Source: Candidatus Zixiibacteriota bacterium (GTDB taxonomy: Bacteria; Zixibacteria; MSB-5A5; JAABVY01). Taken from it: 64,000 bases of DNA. The DNA is taken from positions 11 to 64,010 of the forward strand of contig DSEQ01000034.1 in NCBI GenBank assembly GCA_011056555.1, read 5' to 3'. This document shows, in pieces, positions 1 to 10,327 of this stretch. The notes beneath the pieces are model-generated. The model had not been told where the DNA came from and searched no databases. It saw nothing but the letters and a program-made list of their open reading frames with translations. Numbering within the stretch: position 1 is the stretch's first letter; each line of letters opens with the position of its first letter. Both the position numbers and the translations under genes were made by a program.

Positions 1-65
1 AATACAGTGTAACAAATATTTCGTTTAAACTTGCCAAATCCATTTAAAAATCCATTTTTGAATAT

Positions 66-2168
66 ATGCAAGATAAAAATGGAAATCTTGAGACGCCATT
101 GCAGTTCCTCAAGGGCGTGGGCCCAAAAAAAGCGGAGCTTCTAAAAAAAGAGGGGATCAATACTATACCGGATCTGCTCTACTATTTTCCGCGCAAATAT
201 CTCGACCGCACCAATGTAAAAAAAATCAGCAGCCTTAAAATTGGAGACAGGGCTACAGTACTGGGCAAGGTGCTGACCTCAGGATCAATTCCCGGCCGGA
301 AAAAAGTGTTCGAGGCGATTATAACCGATGGTTCGGGAAATCTCGCGCTGGTCTGGTTTCAGGGACATAACTATCTAAAGAACATAATCAAAAAGAATGT
401 GGTGCTTTCGGTCACAGGAGAAGTTGGGGAATTCCGGGGTCTGAACATGGTTCATCCGGAGTATGAAATCCTGCAGGAAATCGGCGACACAGAAAACCTT
501 CTGCATACAGTGGGAATAGTACCGTTGTACAGCTCGAATGCCGCCTGGATGAGAGCAGGATTGAACAGCCGCGGTCTGCGCAGGATTATCAATAATGCCA
601 TGGGATTGTGTGCCGATAAACTCGATGATGTGCTGCCGGAGATGATCAGGTCAGAGCTGGATCTGCCCCCGATCGACCGGGCCCTGAAGCAGGTGCACTT
701 CCCGGAATCAGAAAAAGGTTTGAAGGATGCCCGCAACCGCTTTGCATTCGAGGAGCTTTTTTTGCTCCAGACAGCAATTGCGATTATTCATCACAGATAC
801 CAAAAGCAGAAGAAAGAACACGAGTACAAAATACCCGGGCTGTTGCTGAAGGAGTTTAAGCATAATCTGCCGTTTAAATTAACCTCTGCGCAAGCCAGAG
901 TGCTGGGTGAAATTTTCGATGATATGAAATCAACCGCGCCCATGAACCGCCTGCTGCTGGGGGATGTTGGTTCGGGCAAGACCGTAGTCGCTGTCGCCTC
1001 GATTTTATACGCGGTTGAGAATGGTTATCAGGCGGCTTTTATGGCGCCAACCGAACTGCTTGCCGAGCAGCACCTTTCCACGATTTCACGCATGCTTGAG
1101 AAAGCGGGTGTAAGAATTTGCCTGCTGCTCGGCTCCCAGAAACCGGCACAGAAAAACCGGCTGCGGAAAATGATAAAGGCCGGTGAAGTGGATATTATTA
1201 TCGGCACTCACGCCCTGATTTCGGAAAATGTTGAATATCATAAACTGTCGCTGGTGGTAATCGATGAGCAGCACAGGTTCGGTGTCGCTCAGCGGGCACG
1301 GCTGCGGGGTAAGGGCGATAATCCCGACCTGCTGGTCATGACCGCCACCCCGATCCCGAGAAGCCTGGCATTGACAGTTTACGGCGATCTGGATCTTTCA
1401 GTCATAGATACAATGCCCCCGGGCCGAAAGCCGATCAAGACCGCTGTGCGTCAGGATAATGCCAGAAATAAAGTATACGACTTCCTCAAAAATGAGCTCG
1501 ATAAAGGCAGACAGGCATATATTGTATATCCTTTGATCGAGGAATCCGAGAAGGTGCAGCTGAAGGCCGCCACTGATGAATATGAAAGGCTATCGGCAGA
1601 GATTTTTCCAGATTACAGGCTGGCTCTTATGCATGGCCGCCTGTCTCCTGAGGAGCGGGACAGGATCACACGGGATTTTCGCGCCGGAAAAATTGACATT
1701 CTGGTAGCCACCACCGTCATAGAAGTGGGTGTTGATGTTCCTGATGCGACCGTCATGGTAATCGAAAATGCCGAAAGGTTCGGACTTTCCCAGCTACATC
1801 AGCTGCGCGGTCGTGTCGGGCGGGGAGCGGATCAGTCCTACTGCATTATGATAACCGGCTCGAAATCAACGGATATCGCCGCGGAGCGACTGGCCGCCAT
1901 CGCCTCGACGCAGGATGGATTCAAGATAGCAGAATTTGATCTGCGCCTGCGCGGCCCGGGTGAATTTCTGGGCGAGAAACAACACGGGCTTCCGGATTTC
2001 AGGATGGCCGATATTATAAGGGACCTTGATTTATTGAATGTTGCCCGTAAATATGCCTTTGACATAGTGTCAAAAAAAATTAAATTATCCAGCGAGGAGC
2101 TGTCATCCTTAAAAAACGAGGTCATGAAAAGATATTCCGGCATGTTTGATAATCTCGCCGCCGGTTAA
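66..2168 (+). CDS. recG: ATP-dependent DNA helicase RecG
   Basis: 700 aa; N-terminal wedge/OB region, Walker A GDVGSGKT, DEQHRFG (DEAH-type) box, helicase C motifs, conserved TRG-like C-terminus; ATG at 66. Confidence 0.95.
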   Translation: MQDKNGNLETPLQFLKGVGPKKAELLKKEGINTIPDLLYYFPRKYLDRTNVKKISSLKIGDRATVLGKVLTSGSIPGRKKVFEAIITDGSGNLALVWFQGHNYLKNIIKKNVVLSVTGEVGEFRGLNMVHPEYEILQEIGDTENLLHTVGIVPLYSSNAAWMRAGLNSRGLRRIINNAMGLCADKLDDVLPEMIRSELDLPPIDRALKQVHFPESEKGLKDARNRFAFEELFLLQTAIAIIHHRYQKQKKEHEYKIPGLLLKEFKHNLPFKLTSAQARVLGEIFDDMKSTAPMNRLLLGDVGSGKTVVAVASILYAVENGYQAAFMAPTELLAEQHLSTISRMLEKAGVRICLLLGSQKPAQKNRLRKMIKAGEVDIIIGTHALISENVEYHKLSLVVIDEQHRFGVAQRARLRGKGDNPDLLVMTATPIPRSLALTVYGDLDLSVIDTMPPGRKPIKTAVRQDNARNKVYDFLKNELDKGRQAYIVYPLIEESEKVQLKAATDEYERLSAEIFPDYRLALMHGRLSPEERDRITRDFRAGKIDILVATTVIEVGVDVPDATVMVIENAERFGLSQLHQLRGRVGRGADQSYCIMITGSKSTDIAAERLAAIASTQDGFKIAEFDLRLRGPGEFLGEKQHGLPDFRMADIIRDLDLLNVARKYAFDIVSKKIKLSSEELSSLKNEVMKRYSGMFDNLAAG

Positions 2169-2180
2169 GATGGAGGAAAA

Positions 2181-2366
2181 ATGTCCAAGCATGAAAAGCT
2201 GACCGAGGCCGCAGAATTGGCCCAGAAGATCGGCGAATATATGAAAGAAATACAACAGGACATTAGCGACTATGATCTCAGCCGTATGCTGAAAAAAGTG
2301 GAAGCGGAAGTTATCGATCTTCAGCACAATCTCTCTATCGCGGTTAGATTGATGCGGAAAGGATAA
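2181..2366 (+). CDS. small hypothetical protein (61 aa), coiled-coil-like
   Basis: ORF directly after recG stop with an AGGAGG-like RBS (gatggagg); no recognisable domain. Confidence 0.35.
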   Translation: MSKHEKLTEAAELAQKIGEYMKEIQQDISDYDLSRMLKKVEAEVIDLQHNLSIAVRLMRKG

Positions 2367-2368
2367 CG

Positions 2369-2755
2369 ATGGCGGAAGAAGGCAAGGAACAGAATATCAG
2401 TTCTCTCTATCTCGGCCTGGTGATGTCTCTGGAGGCCTCGGCCATGCAGAGCATGGGTAAGATGATGAACCCTTTGACCGGCAAGACCGAGAAGAATCTC
2501 CAGCAGGCCCAGATGACTATCGATATGCTGGATATGATCGAGAAAAAGACTACCGGGAATCTAACCCCGGATGAGGAGAAGTTGACCAAAAGAATCCTTT
2601 ATCAGCTCAGAATGAATTATCTGGATGAAATAAATGCCGAAAAAGCTAGTAAAGCCGAACATAAACAAGAAGAAAGTACTACAGCAAAAGAAGATACAAA
2701 AAAAGATGATAAGAGCGCTGAAAAAGAAAGTCCCGATAATCCTCAAAATCAATAA
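2369..2755 (+). CDS. DUF1844-family protein
   Basis: 128 aa; motif LGLVMSLEASAMQSMGKMMNPLTGKTEKNLQQAQMTIDMLDMIEKKTTGNLTPDEE typical of DUF1844; K/E-rich tail. Confidence 0.6.
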   Translation: MAEEGKEQNISSLYLGLVMSLEASAMQSMGKMMNPLTGKTEKNLQQAQMTIDMLDMIEKKTTGNLTPDEEKLTKRILYQLRMNYLDEINAEKASKAEHKQEESTTAKEDTKKDDKSAEKESPDNPQNQ

Positions 2756-2823
2756 AATCCAGAACTTTCAAGCATTTTTTTGTATAAACTAATTGGGTAA
2801 ATGTACTTATAGTCGGGAATCCC

Positions 2824-3768
2824 ATGCAAAATTTACAGGCAGCCGAAATCAACAATATTGTCTCGATTTTCAAGAAGCGTTTCGGGGACAATTTTCGCGA
2901 AAATCACACCCTTGCGGACTACACGACGTTCAAAATCGGCGGACCCGCCAGAATGTTCATAAAGTGCGAGAGCCGTGAGGATATTATCGATTCTGTCAGT
3001 ATGGCTCATGACAACAAACTGGAATTCTTTATAGTCGGGGGCGGATCGAACCTGCTGATCTCCGATAACGGCTATCCCGGTCTGATAATTCATATCGCTA
3101 ACACAGATTTGAAGGTCACAGGTGAATATATCGAGGTCGATGCCGGATATGACTGGGAGGAGCTGGTGGATTACAGTTGCCGCAAAGGTTTGGGCGGATT
3201 GGTCGGCATGGCCGGGATCAAGGGACAGGTTGGCGGGGCGGTTTACGGCAACGCCGGAGCCTTCGGGACCTCGGTGGCCGATATACTGCTTGAAGCGGAA
3301 ATACTGAGGACGGGCCAGGGACCGCGCTGGGAAGGCAATAAATACTTTGCCTTTTCATACAGAAATAGTATATTGAAAAAAACCCATGAAATAGTGCTGA
3401 GGGCGCGTTTTAGATATGTGCCAGAGAAGCCTGCGGTTTTATTGAAAAAACAGGACGAGATTCTTGAATTGCGCAACCAGAGACATCCCCGGACGGATTG
3501 CTCGGCAGGTTGCTTTTTTAAAAATATCGAAAAAGCGGACGAGCCGTACGGAAAACTGGCGGCTGGATTTTTACTCGAAAAAGTAGGAGCAAAACGAATG
3601 CACATTGGCGGTGCCGGAGTATTCGACAAGCACGCGAATATTTTGATAAATGCTTCCGGAAAGGCCCGAGCCGAGGATGTACGCAAACTGGCGGAGGCGT
3701 TGAAGAAGAAAGTAAAAGATGAATACGGATATAATCTGGAAGAAGAAATAACTTTTTTGGGCGATTGA
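2824..3768 (+). CDS. murB: UDP-N-acetylenolpyruvoylglucosamine reductase MurB
   Basis: 314 aa; FAD-binding PCMH-type N-terminal region (FKIGGPARMF..IVGGGSNLL) and MurB C-terminal domain. Confidence 0.9.
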   Translation: MQNLQAAEINNIVSIFKKRFGDNFRENHTLADYTTFKIGGPARMFIKCESREDIIDSVSMAHDNKLEFFIVGGGSNLLISDNGYPGLIIHIANTDLKVTGEYIEVDAGYDWEELVDYSCRKGLGGLVGMAGIKGQVGGAVYGNAGAFGTSVADILLEAEILRTGQGPRWEGNKYFAFSYRNSILKKTHEIVLRARFRYVPEKPAVLLKKQDEILELRNQRHPRTDCSAGCFFKNIEKADEPYGKLAAGFLLEKVGAKRMHIGGAGVFDKHANILINASGKARAEDVRKLAEALKKKVKDEYGYNLEEEITFLGD

Positions 3769-3830
3769 TAAAAAGGAGTGTCTTATAGCGTATTAATACA
3801 GGTTAAGGAATTTAAATATAAGGTCTGTTT

Positions 3831-6800
3831 GTGAATTTAAGGAATAGATTCCATTTTATTAGCCTGATCGGCGTTCTTGTTATTCTGCTGGGTGCAAGTC
3901 CGGGACTGATTGCGCAGGATAATGGAGAATCCGAAGAAGAATCGCCCGAAGCGGGTTTCAGCCGGCTTAATATCCCACTGGACTACGAGACCCCGTATAT
4001 CACCCCCTTCCCCCAAAAACCCCTGGATCCGGGAATATCATTTGCCGGAGAAGCGCCGGGGCTCCTGAATAACAGGAGAACCCAGTATAATGTCGTTGCC
4101 GGATGGGATAAAAAGACCAGAAATTTATACTATTCGCGCACCATCAACGAGCATAAGGTCGAGACCGATCGATACGCTGATTACCTTGAGAACGCCAGGG
4201 TTTACGGAAGTGCCGAAGTAGCCAATTATTGGCGTCAAAATCTGTACCAGAGCACAAAGAAGGCCGAGAGAGACAAGGGCGCGGGGCTTTTGAATGTCAA
4301 GGTGGATCTTGGTGATCAGGTAGGCGGGGTCATCAAGGCGATCGCGGGCGAAGGAACTGCCGGACTGGATGTTACCGGATACCAGAAGATATCTTTCTCC
4401 GGACGAAGCCAATGGACTGATAAGGAATCGGATGCCTTGAACCGGATCAATAAATTTCCTTCTCTGGATATGGAGCAGGTTTCACGTTACAGCATCAAGG
4501 GCACGATCGGAACCAAAATATCGGTTGAGGTGGATCAAAACTCGGAAAGAAAAACAGACCTTGCCAATACCATCAGGATCAGATACAAAGGCTCCGAAGA
4601 CGAAATTATTCAGTCGATAGAAGCCGGGAATACGAATCTGTCGCTTGCCAATACCCAGTTTGTAGGTTATTCCCAGAGGGTACAGGGGCTGTTCGGCATA
4701 AAGGCCACGGCCAAAATCGGAGCGCTTGATCTAACGGCAATCGTCTCGCAGGAAAAGGGTTCGACCGAAAGTTCGAGCTTCGAGGCAGGAGCCGCCAAAT
4801 CAACCAACTATAAGCGCGACTACGATTATCTGGAGCGGACATTCTTCTGGCTCTTCTTCCCGGAAGACGACATTGACACAATCATTGAATCAGAAATATA
4901 TGTATATCACAATATCCAGAGCGGCGCCAACACCGAAATAAACGAGCAATGGAATTACGCCAATGTGGCCGTTGATCCGGAAAACTTCGGCCAGTATCCA
5001 CAGGAGGACCGAACCACCACGGTAAAGCGTCTCGATTACGACGATTACTATGTTTACAACAAGTCGCTGTATCTGGAAATGTTTACCTATGATCGCACGC
5101 GTATGATCGCCGGATGGTTCCGTGTCCGCATGAACAACGGGGAAATAGTCGAAATCGGCAATCGCCTTGGAGATACGCTATCGTTGAAATTAATCGCCCT
5201 GGAACAGAATGTGGCTGACAGCACTTACCAGACCTGGCGCAATGAGTGGCGCAATGTTTACAGCCTGGGCGCCCGCGATATTGACGCGGAAGGGATCGAT
5301 GTCCAGGTATATCTCGGGGCTCCCGGAACGGAGACGCAGGCGGACAAAAACCTGCCTCATCAAAATGGCACACCCTACATCCAGATCATGGGACTGGACC
5401 AGAGGGATGTAACCGGGGCGGATAATCCCGATGGAATAATCGACTCCAAAAACAGCAATATATTGCTGAGGGATCGGGGCTATCTCATTTTCCCGGAACC
5501 CAATCCCTTTGCCTCCACAGTATCTTATGCTCCCGACGGTGAGACGTTGAACGTAACTGTGCCCGAAATATATAATACCAGGCGCAGTACGATAACCGGC
5601 AATCCCTCACAATATACCGAATACTATATCCAGTTCGAGACCTCTCAACGCCAGACCGAATATTACCTGGGGCGGGTAAATATTATTGAAAACTCCGAGA
5701 GGGTGATCCTCAACGGTGAGGAGCTGAAAAAAGACAGAGATTACAAAATTTACTATGAAATCGGGAGAATAACATTTTTAACCGATGCTGTCTCCGATCC
5801 GAATGCCGATCTGCAGATTGACTTCGAATACGAGCCCTTTATCACATCGGAAAAGAAGAACCTTTTCGGAGTGCGCGGCGAATATGAGTTTAATCCCAAT
5901 TTCAAGATCGGGTCGACGGTGCTTTACAAAGGGGAGAAATCGACCGACCGCAAACCGCGTGTCGGCCAGGAGACCTCGAAATCGCTGGTCTGGGATGCCG
6001 ACTTCGCATATTCGACCGACCTGCCGTTCCTGACATCGCTTACCGATGCTCTGCCGCTGGTTGAGGCCACGGCTGATTCTCGTATCGCCATTTCGGGTGA
6101 GGTCGCGCAATCCCGGCCAAATCCGAACACCGCGGGCGAGGCTTTCGTTGATGACTTTGAAAGCGCCAAGGAGACCTTCTCGCTGGGAATTACACGTTAC
6201 CAGTGGACCAAATCATCCGCGCCGGATCTGGTTGATCGCGAGCTCAGGGGACGACTGATCTGGTTCAATCCTTACGACCCCTATTCAGTGACCGACATTT
6301 ATAATCGCGATGTGCGCGGGAATGATAGAAAGACTACAATGAGCATTCTTTTTGATCCGCTGGAATTTGTCCCCGATCCTGGTTCTGAGGATGAATGTAA
6401 TCCGGATTCGATCGCAGTCACCCCAGCCGAAAGCTGGGCCGGAATTATGCGCGCTTATTCCACCGGCAGCCAGGATCAGACACGTGCGCAATTGCTCGAA
6501 GTAAGGATGAAGATCAATAATGGGCGGATTCCGTCCGATGGGAAGATATACATCGACCTGGGCGACATTTCTGAAGATATAAATGGAAACGGGACCCTTG
6601 ATACAGAGGATAAAAACGGGAATGGCATTCTTGAGCAGTTCGAGGATGTTGGCCTTGACGGTCTGGCCGACACGGCTGAGGCCTGCTATGATTCAGTTAC
6701 AAATCCTGATCCAGCAGGCGACAACTATTCCTATGAAAACAAAAACGACTATTCACAGATAAACGGCACCGAGGGAAATAGGTTTGATGCCAGCGGCGCT

Positions 6801-9800
6801 CGTCCGGATACGGAGGATCTTGACGGCAAGGGTTCCCTGAACACGGTAGAAAAATTCTTCCGGCTTGTGATTGATCTGGCGGACAATAAATATCGCGTGG
6901 ATGGATCGAATCTCAATAACTGGATAACCTATCAGATTCCTCTGCGGGATTCATTGAACTATGAGGCCATCAATAATCCCGACTGGGGCAGGATCGCTTA
7001 CAGCCGAATCTGGCTGACCGGCTTCGATTCCACCGTCGTGGTTGAAATAGCCGATATTAATCTGGTGACCACGCGCTGGGAAGAGGACTCGATTCGTCCC
7101 CTGAACATCGATCGAACCATTGCAACGGATTTTCCGGAATTCAATGTGTCGGCTATCAATACTGAAGAGAATCTTGATTATACCCCTCCCCCGGGTGTGA
7201 GCGGATATTATGACAGAACCACGGAAACCTACGAGAAAGAGCAGTCGCTGCTGCTGCGTTTCAGCAACCTGCAATTCTACCCTGTCGACACGCAGATCAC
7301 TGTCGATTCTACGGTAATCGATACCTTTGTCATGGTGCCCGACACCGCCATAGCCGCACGCGAGCTTTTCCGTTCCGAGGATTATGCGGGCTATAAAAAG
7401 ATTAGAATGTATGTACATGGCCCGGATTCTCTTCCCGAGGGACCATCACCTATCCATTTTATCTTCCGCCTGGGCAACAATGCCGAGAATTATTATCAAT
7501 TTCAGACCAATATCTACCCCGGCTGGAGTGATTCCAATGAAGTTGTGATGGATTTCAGCGAAGCCACGCTGGTCAAGGACTCGCTTATCAGATTGCAGGC
7601 GGAGGATCCCGGTATCAGGGAATTGAAGGTCGGCAAATACGCTGTCAGGGGAAGTCCATCCTTGACTTCAGTCTTGTATTTCGGGTTGGCGGTAACCAAC
7701 ACCGATACGGTCAATTATGAGCCCATATCGGGGGAAATCTGGCTCGATGAACTGCGGGTTTCGGATGTGCGCAATGATCCGGGAACCGCCATGCGGCTCT
7801 CCGTTTCCGGCGGGCTCTCTGATTTCGTCACCTACACTTTCAATTACCGGAACCAAGATGAATATTTCCGGAATCTGACCGCCTCGAACAGCTCCAATCT
7901 CGGCTCCGGCAATTCCGAAACCAACTACAGTTATTCGGCCAAGGTCAATATCCACAAGATCCTTCCGCCCAGCTGGGGAGCCTCGCTGCCTTTTACCTAT
8001 AGCGTGAGTGAAAGGACCTCCGTTCCAAGGCTGAAGCCGGGATCGGATATTATCGTTCCCCCCGAGCAGGAGGAGGAACAGACAAGCCGATCAACCAATA
8101 CACGTTTTTCGATATCGCAGTCATTCAGGAAGCAGGGCGGCAATCTTCTCTTCGGGCTCCTGTTGAACCGGCTTAATACTTCATATTCATACAGTGAGTC
8201 TGACAGCAAGTCTCCTACTGTACCATTCTCGCACTCAGAATCGTATCAGGCCAGAGCAACTTACGATATGACTCCCAAGGCCTCCCTGAATATCCCGATC
8301 CTGTTCTGGCTCCGGCCTATACCTCTCATTCCACAGTCGCTCAAGGATACTCAGCTTGGTCTTCTACCGTCCAGACTCAACCTCTCCGGAACGGTCAAGA
8401 AGAACTATTCGAAGAGCATCAATAACCGGAATTACAAATCGGAAACATATAATCGGACGCTTGACGGCACTCTGGACCTGAGCTGGAACATCTTCAAGTC
8501 ATTGAGCGCGGATTACAATTTGCGCACGACCCGGGATATCAGGCATACGGATGACATAAATATCTCTTTCAATCCCAGCAAGTTCAAGCTTGGAATCGAA
8601 CTGGACAACACCCAATCGTTGCGTATGGAGTACGGTCCAAACCTTTTCAAGTGGCTCTCTCACAAATTCTCATACAGGGCCACATACCGCGAGAATGCGG
8701 ATCCTGCCAGAAATGAACTGGGCACACGTAATGTCAATGCCGGCAATACATTCTCGATCAGCTCGACCTTCTCGCCCCAGACATTCTTTGGACGCGGCAA
8801 TAAGGGCAGTGCTCCCGCATCGGATTCATCCAGCGGCGGAGGATTTTCGCTGCACAAGCCCTTTTTGAAGTTAATAAGGTTTTTCACCAACCGAATCGAC
8901 GACATCAACGGCACATATTCGATCGATAAGCAGTCCTCCATCTGGGGCCTCGTGAGCAGGCCACAATGGAAATATATCTTCGGCTTTACCAGCGACCCGG
9001 CTGCTGCAATTAACCCCGATGCGGTCTCACGAACCGCCCGGGATGTGAGCACTGAATCCAGAAGCTATTCCGCTCGAACCGGCGTGAAATTCATACTGGG
9101 AACGAAGATCAATACGCGCTATGCTCGCAACGAAAGAGAATCGAGCGCCAATTCCAACAAGAGCATCTCGACGACATGGCCCGATTTATCATTTACTCTC
9201 AGTAATCTGGAGAGATATGGTATTATAAGGTTCTTCTTCAATAGTCTTTCCCTGGATACGAAATACTCGAAAAAAACTGACGAGACATTCAGAACGGCCG
9301 GACGCCAGTATCTCTCTGACAGGAGCACAACCGACAGTTATACGCCGCTCTTAAAATTGAATTTCACGTGGTTCCAGAAACTGCAATGCTCTTTCCAGTA
9401 TGATAAGTCCTCGACCTTGAGAGAGCAGTTTGACAATTCCCAGGAAATCAATGGGGTCGATACATTCTTTATAGCGAAATTGAGTAACGCTGTGCGTACA
9501 TCCTCAAACAGCTGGCAATTTTCCGCCCGGGCTACACTGTCGCCGGCCCAGGGCATTAAATTCCCGATATTCGGCAAACTTCAATCGACCCTGACCTTCA
9601 ACCTGAGCATCTCCCAGAAATACACCAAATCCGAGAATAATCAGGTCCAGACAGGTGAATGGTCAACCACCTCGGAGAGAACCGATTTCACGGTCATGCC
9701 GCGGATTTCATATTCTTTCTCTTCCAATATCAATGGCGGTCTGCAGGCGCGCTGGCAGGACAGCAACGACAAGACACGGTATCAAAAATCGCATGTACGG

Positions 9801-9833
9801 GAGCTGGGCATCTGGGTCGAAATCAGATTCTAA
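3831..9833 (+). CDS. giant (2000 aa) SprA-like cell-surface / outer-membrane beta-barrel protein (T9SS translocon family)
   Basis: GTG start; N-terminal signal peptide; Asp-rich calcium-binding-like repeats (DISEDINGNGTLDTEDKNGNGILE); long Ser/Thr/Asn/Tyr-rich beta-rich C-terminal half ending in aromatic residue (..WVEIRF) typical of OM barrels; size and composition resemble SprA. Confidence 0.55.
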   Translation: MNLRNRFHFISLIGVLVILLGASPGLIAQDNGESEEESPEAGFSRLNIPLDYETPYITPFPQKPLDPGISFAGEAPGLLNNRRTQYNVVAGWDKKTRNLYYSRTINEHKVETDRYADYLENARVYGSAEVANYWRQNLYQSTKKAERDKGAGLLNVKVDLGDQVGGVIKAIAGEGTAGLDVTGYQKISFSGRSQWTDKESDALNRINKFPSLDMEQVSRYSIKGTIGTKISVEVDQNSERKTDLANTIRIRYKGSEDEIIQSIEAGNTNLSLANTQFVGYSQRVQGLFGIKATAKIGALDLTAIVSQEKGSTESSSFEAGAAKSTNYKRDYDYLERTFFWLFFPEDDIDTIIESEIYVYHNIQSGANTEINEQWNYANVAVDPENFGQYPQEDRTTTVKRLDYDDYYVYNKSLYLEMFTYDRTRMIAGWFRVRMNNGEIVEIGNRLGDTLSLKLIALEQNVADSTYQTWRNEWRNVYSLGARDIDAEGIDVQVYLGAPGTETQADKNLPHQNGTPYIQIMGLDQRDVTGADNPDGIIDSKNSNILLRDRGYLIFPEPNPFASTVSYAPDGETLNVTVPEIYNTRRSTITGNPSQYTEYYIQFETSQRQTEYYLGRVNIIENSERVILNGEELKKDRDYKIYYEIGRITFLTDAVSDPNADLQIDFEYEPFITSEKKNLFGVRGEYEFNPNFKIGSTVLYKGEKSTDRKPRVGQETSKSLVWDADFAYSTDLPFLTSLTDALPLVEATADSRIAISGEVAQSRPNPNTAGEAFVDDFESAKETFSLGITRYQWTKSSAPDLVDRELRGRLIWFNPYDPYSVTDIYNRDVRGNDRKTTMSILFDPLEFVPDPGSEDECNPDSIAVTPAESWAGIMRAYSTGSQDQTRAQLLEVRMKINNGRIPSDGKIYIDLGDISEDINGNGTLDTEDKNGNGILEQFEDVGLDGLADTAEACYDSVTNPDPAGDNYSYENKNDYSQINGTEGNRFDASGARPDTEDLDGKGSLNTVEKFFRLVIDLADNKYRVDGSNLNNWITYQIPLRDSLNYEAINNPDWGRIAYSRIWLTGFDSTVVVEIADINLVTTRWEEDSIRPLNIDRTIATDFPEFNVSAINTEENLDYTPPPGVSGYYDRTTETYEKEQSLLLRFSNLQFYPVDTQITVDSTVIDTFVMVPDTAIAARELFRSEDYAGYKKIRMYVHGPDSLPEGPSPIHFIFRLGNNAENYYQFQTNIYPGWSDSNEVVMDFSEATLVKDSLIRLQAEDPGIRELKVGKYAVRGSPSLTSVLYFGLAVTNTDTVNYEPISGEIWLDELRVSDVRNDPGTAMRLSVSGGLSDFVTYTFNYRNQDEYFRNLTASNSSNLGSGNSETNYSYSAKVNIHKILPPSWGASLPFTYSVSERTSVPRLKPGSDIIVPPEQEEEQTSRSTNTRFSISQSFRKQGGNLLFGLLLNRLNTSYSYSESDSKSPTVPFSHSESYQARATYDMTPKASLNIPILFWLRPIPLIPQSLKDTQLGLLPSRLNLSGTVKKNYSKSINNRNYKSETYNRTLDGTLDLSWNIFKSLSADYNLRTTRDIRHTDDINISFNPSKFKLGIELDNTQSLRMEYGPNLFKWLSHKFSYRATYRENADPARNELGTRNVNAGNTFSISSTFSPQTFFGRGNKGSAPASDSSSGGGFSLHKPFLKLIRFFTNRIDDINGTYSIDKQSSIWGLVSRPQWKYIFGFTSDPAAAINPDAVSRTARDVSTESRSYSARTGVKFILGTKINTRYARNERESSANSNKSISTTWPDLSFTLSNLERYGIIRFFFNSLSLDTKYSKKTDETFRTAGRQYLSDRSTTDSYTPLLKLNFTWFQKLQCSFQYDKSSTLREQFDNSQEINGVDTFFIAKLSNAVRTSSNSWQFSARATLSPAQGIKFPIFGKLQSTLTFNLSISQKYTKSENNQVQTGEWSTTSERTDFTVMPRISYSFSSNINGGLQARWQDSNDKTRYQKSHVRELGIWVEIRF

Positions 9834-9908
9834 TACGGGAAACCTGTCGCCCGGTATCCGAAAATTTTTTTGTTGCCCATCAAACCGGGCCACTATATCT
9901 TTTTTATC

Positions 9909-10313
9909 ATGACTGAAAAAAAGAACATATTTTCAAGGGGAGATATCTGGGCCATACTATTCCTGCTGGCCTGTATGTTAGTTGGTGGAGCGATAATGAT
10001 TTATCAGAAATCCAACCGCAACCATCCGCCGGAACTGATAATCGAAACTGTCGGAAAATCCGAGCTGCCCCGACAACCATCACAGGCATCGATGATCGCT
10101 TCCGATGGGCCCGATATGCTGAAAATAAACATAAATTCAGCTCCCGCAGATTCATTTGAACTTCTGTCCGGAATCGGTCCTGTTTATGCCGAAAGAATCG
10201 TAGAATATCGGCAAAATGTGGGCAATTTTCAATCTCTCGAACAATTGATGGAGGTGCAGGGCATCGGACCAGGCACTTTTGAAAATATCAAGAATTATTT
10301 AACATTGGAGTAG
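9909..10313 (+). CDS. comEA: ComEA-like helix-hairpin-helix DNA-binding protein
   Basis: N-terminal TM helix, C-terminal tandem HhH (INSAPADSFELLSGIGPVYAERIVEYRQNVGNFQSLEQLMEVQGIGPGTFENIKNYL); the track ORF begins at a TTG (9870), internal ATG at 9909 preferred. Confidence 0.7.
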   Translation: MTEKKNIFSRGDIWAILFLLACMLVGGAIMIYQKSNRNHPPELIIETVGKSELPRQPSQASMIASDGPDMLKININSAPADSFELLSGIGPVYAERIVEYRQNVGNFQSLEQLMEVQGIGPGTFENIKNYLTLE

Positions 10314-10327
10314 TTCTGCTCAAGGTA

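Noticed and set aside
452-2327. Multiple 60-100 aa ORFs on the minus strand inside recG (452..736, 791..979, 1086..1274, 1838..2143, 2109..2327), with similar antisense or out-of-frame ORFs inside almost every long gene in the track
   Set aside because: Fully embedded in strongly supported longer CDSs, with no RBS or motif support. These are typical frame-shadow ORFs of a moderately GC-rich genome.
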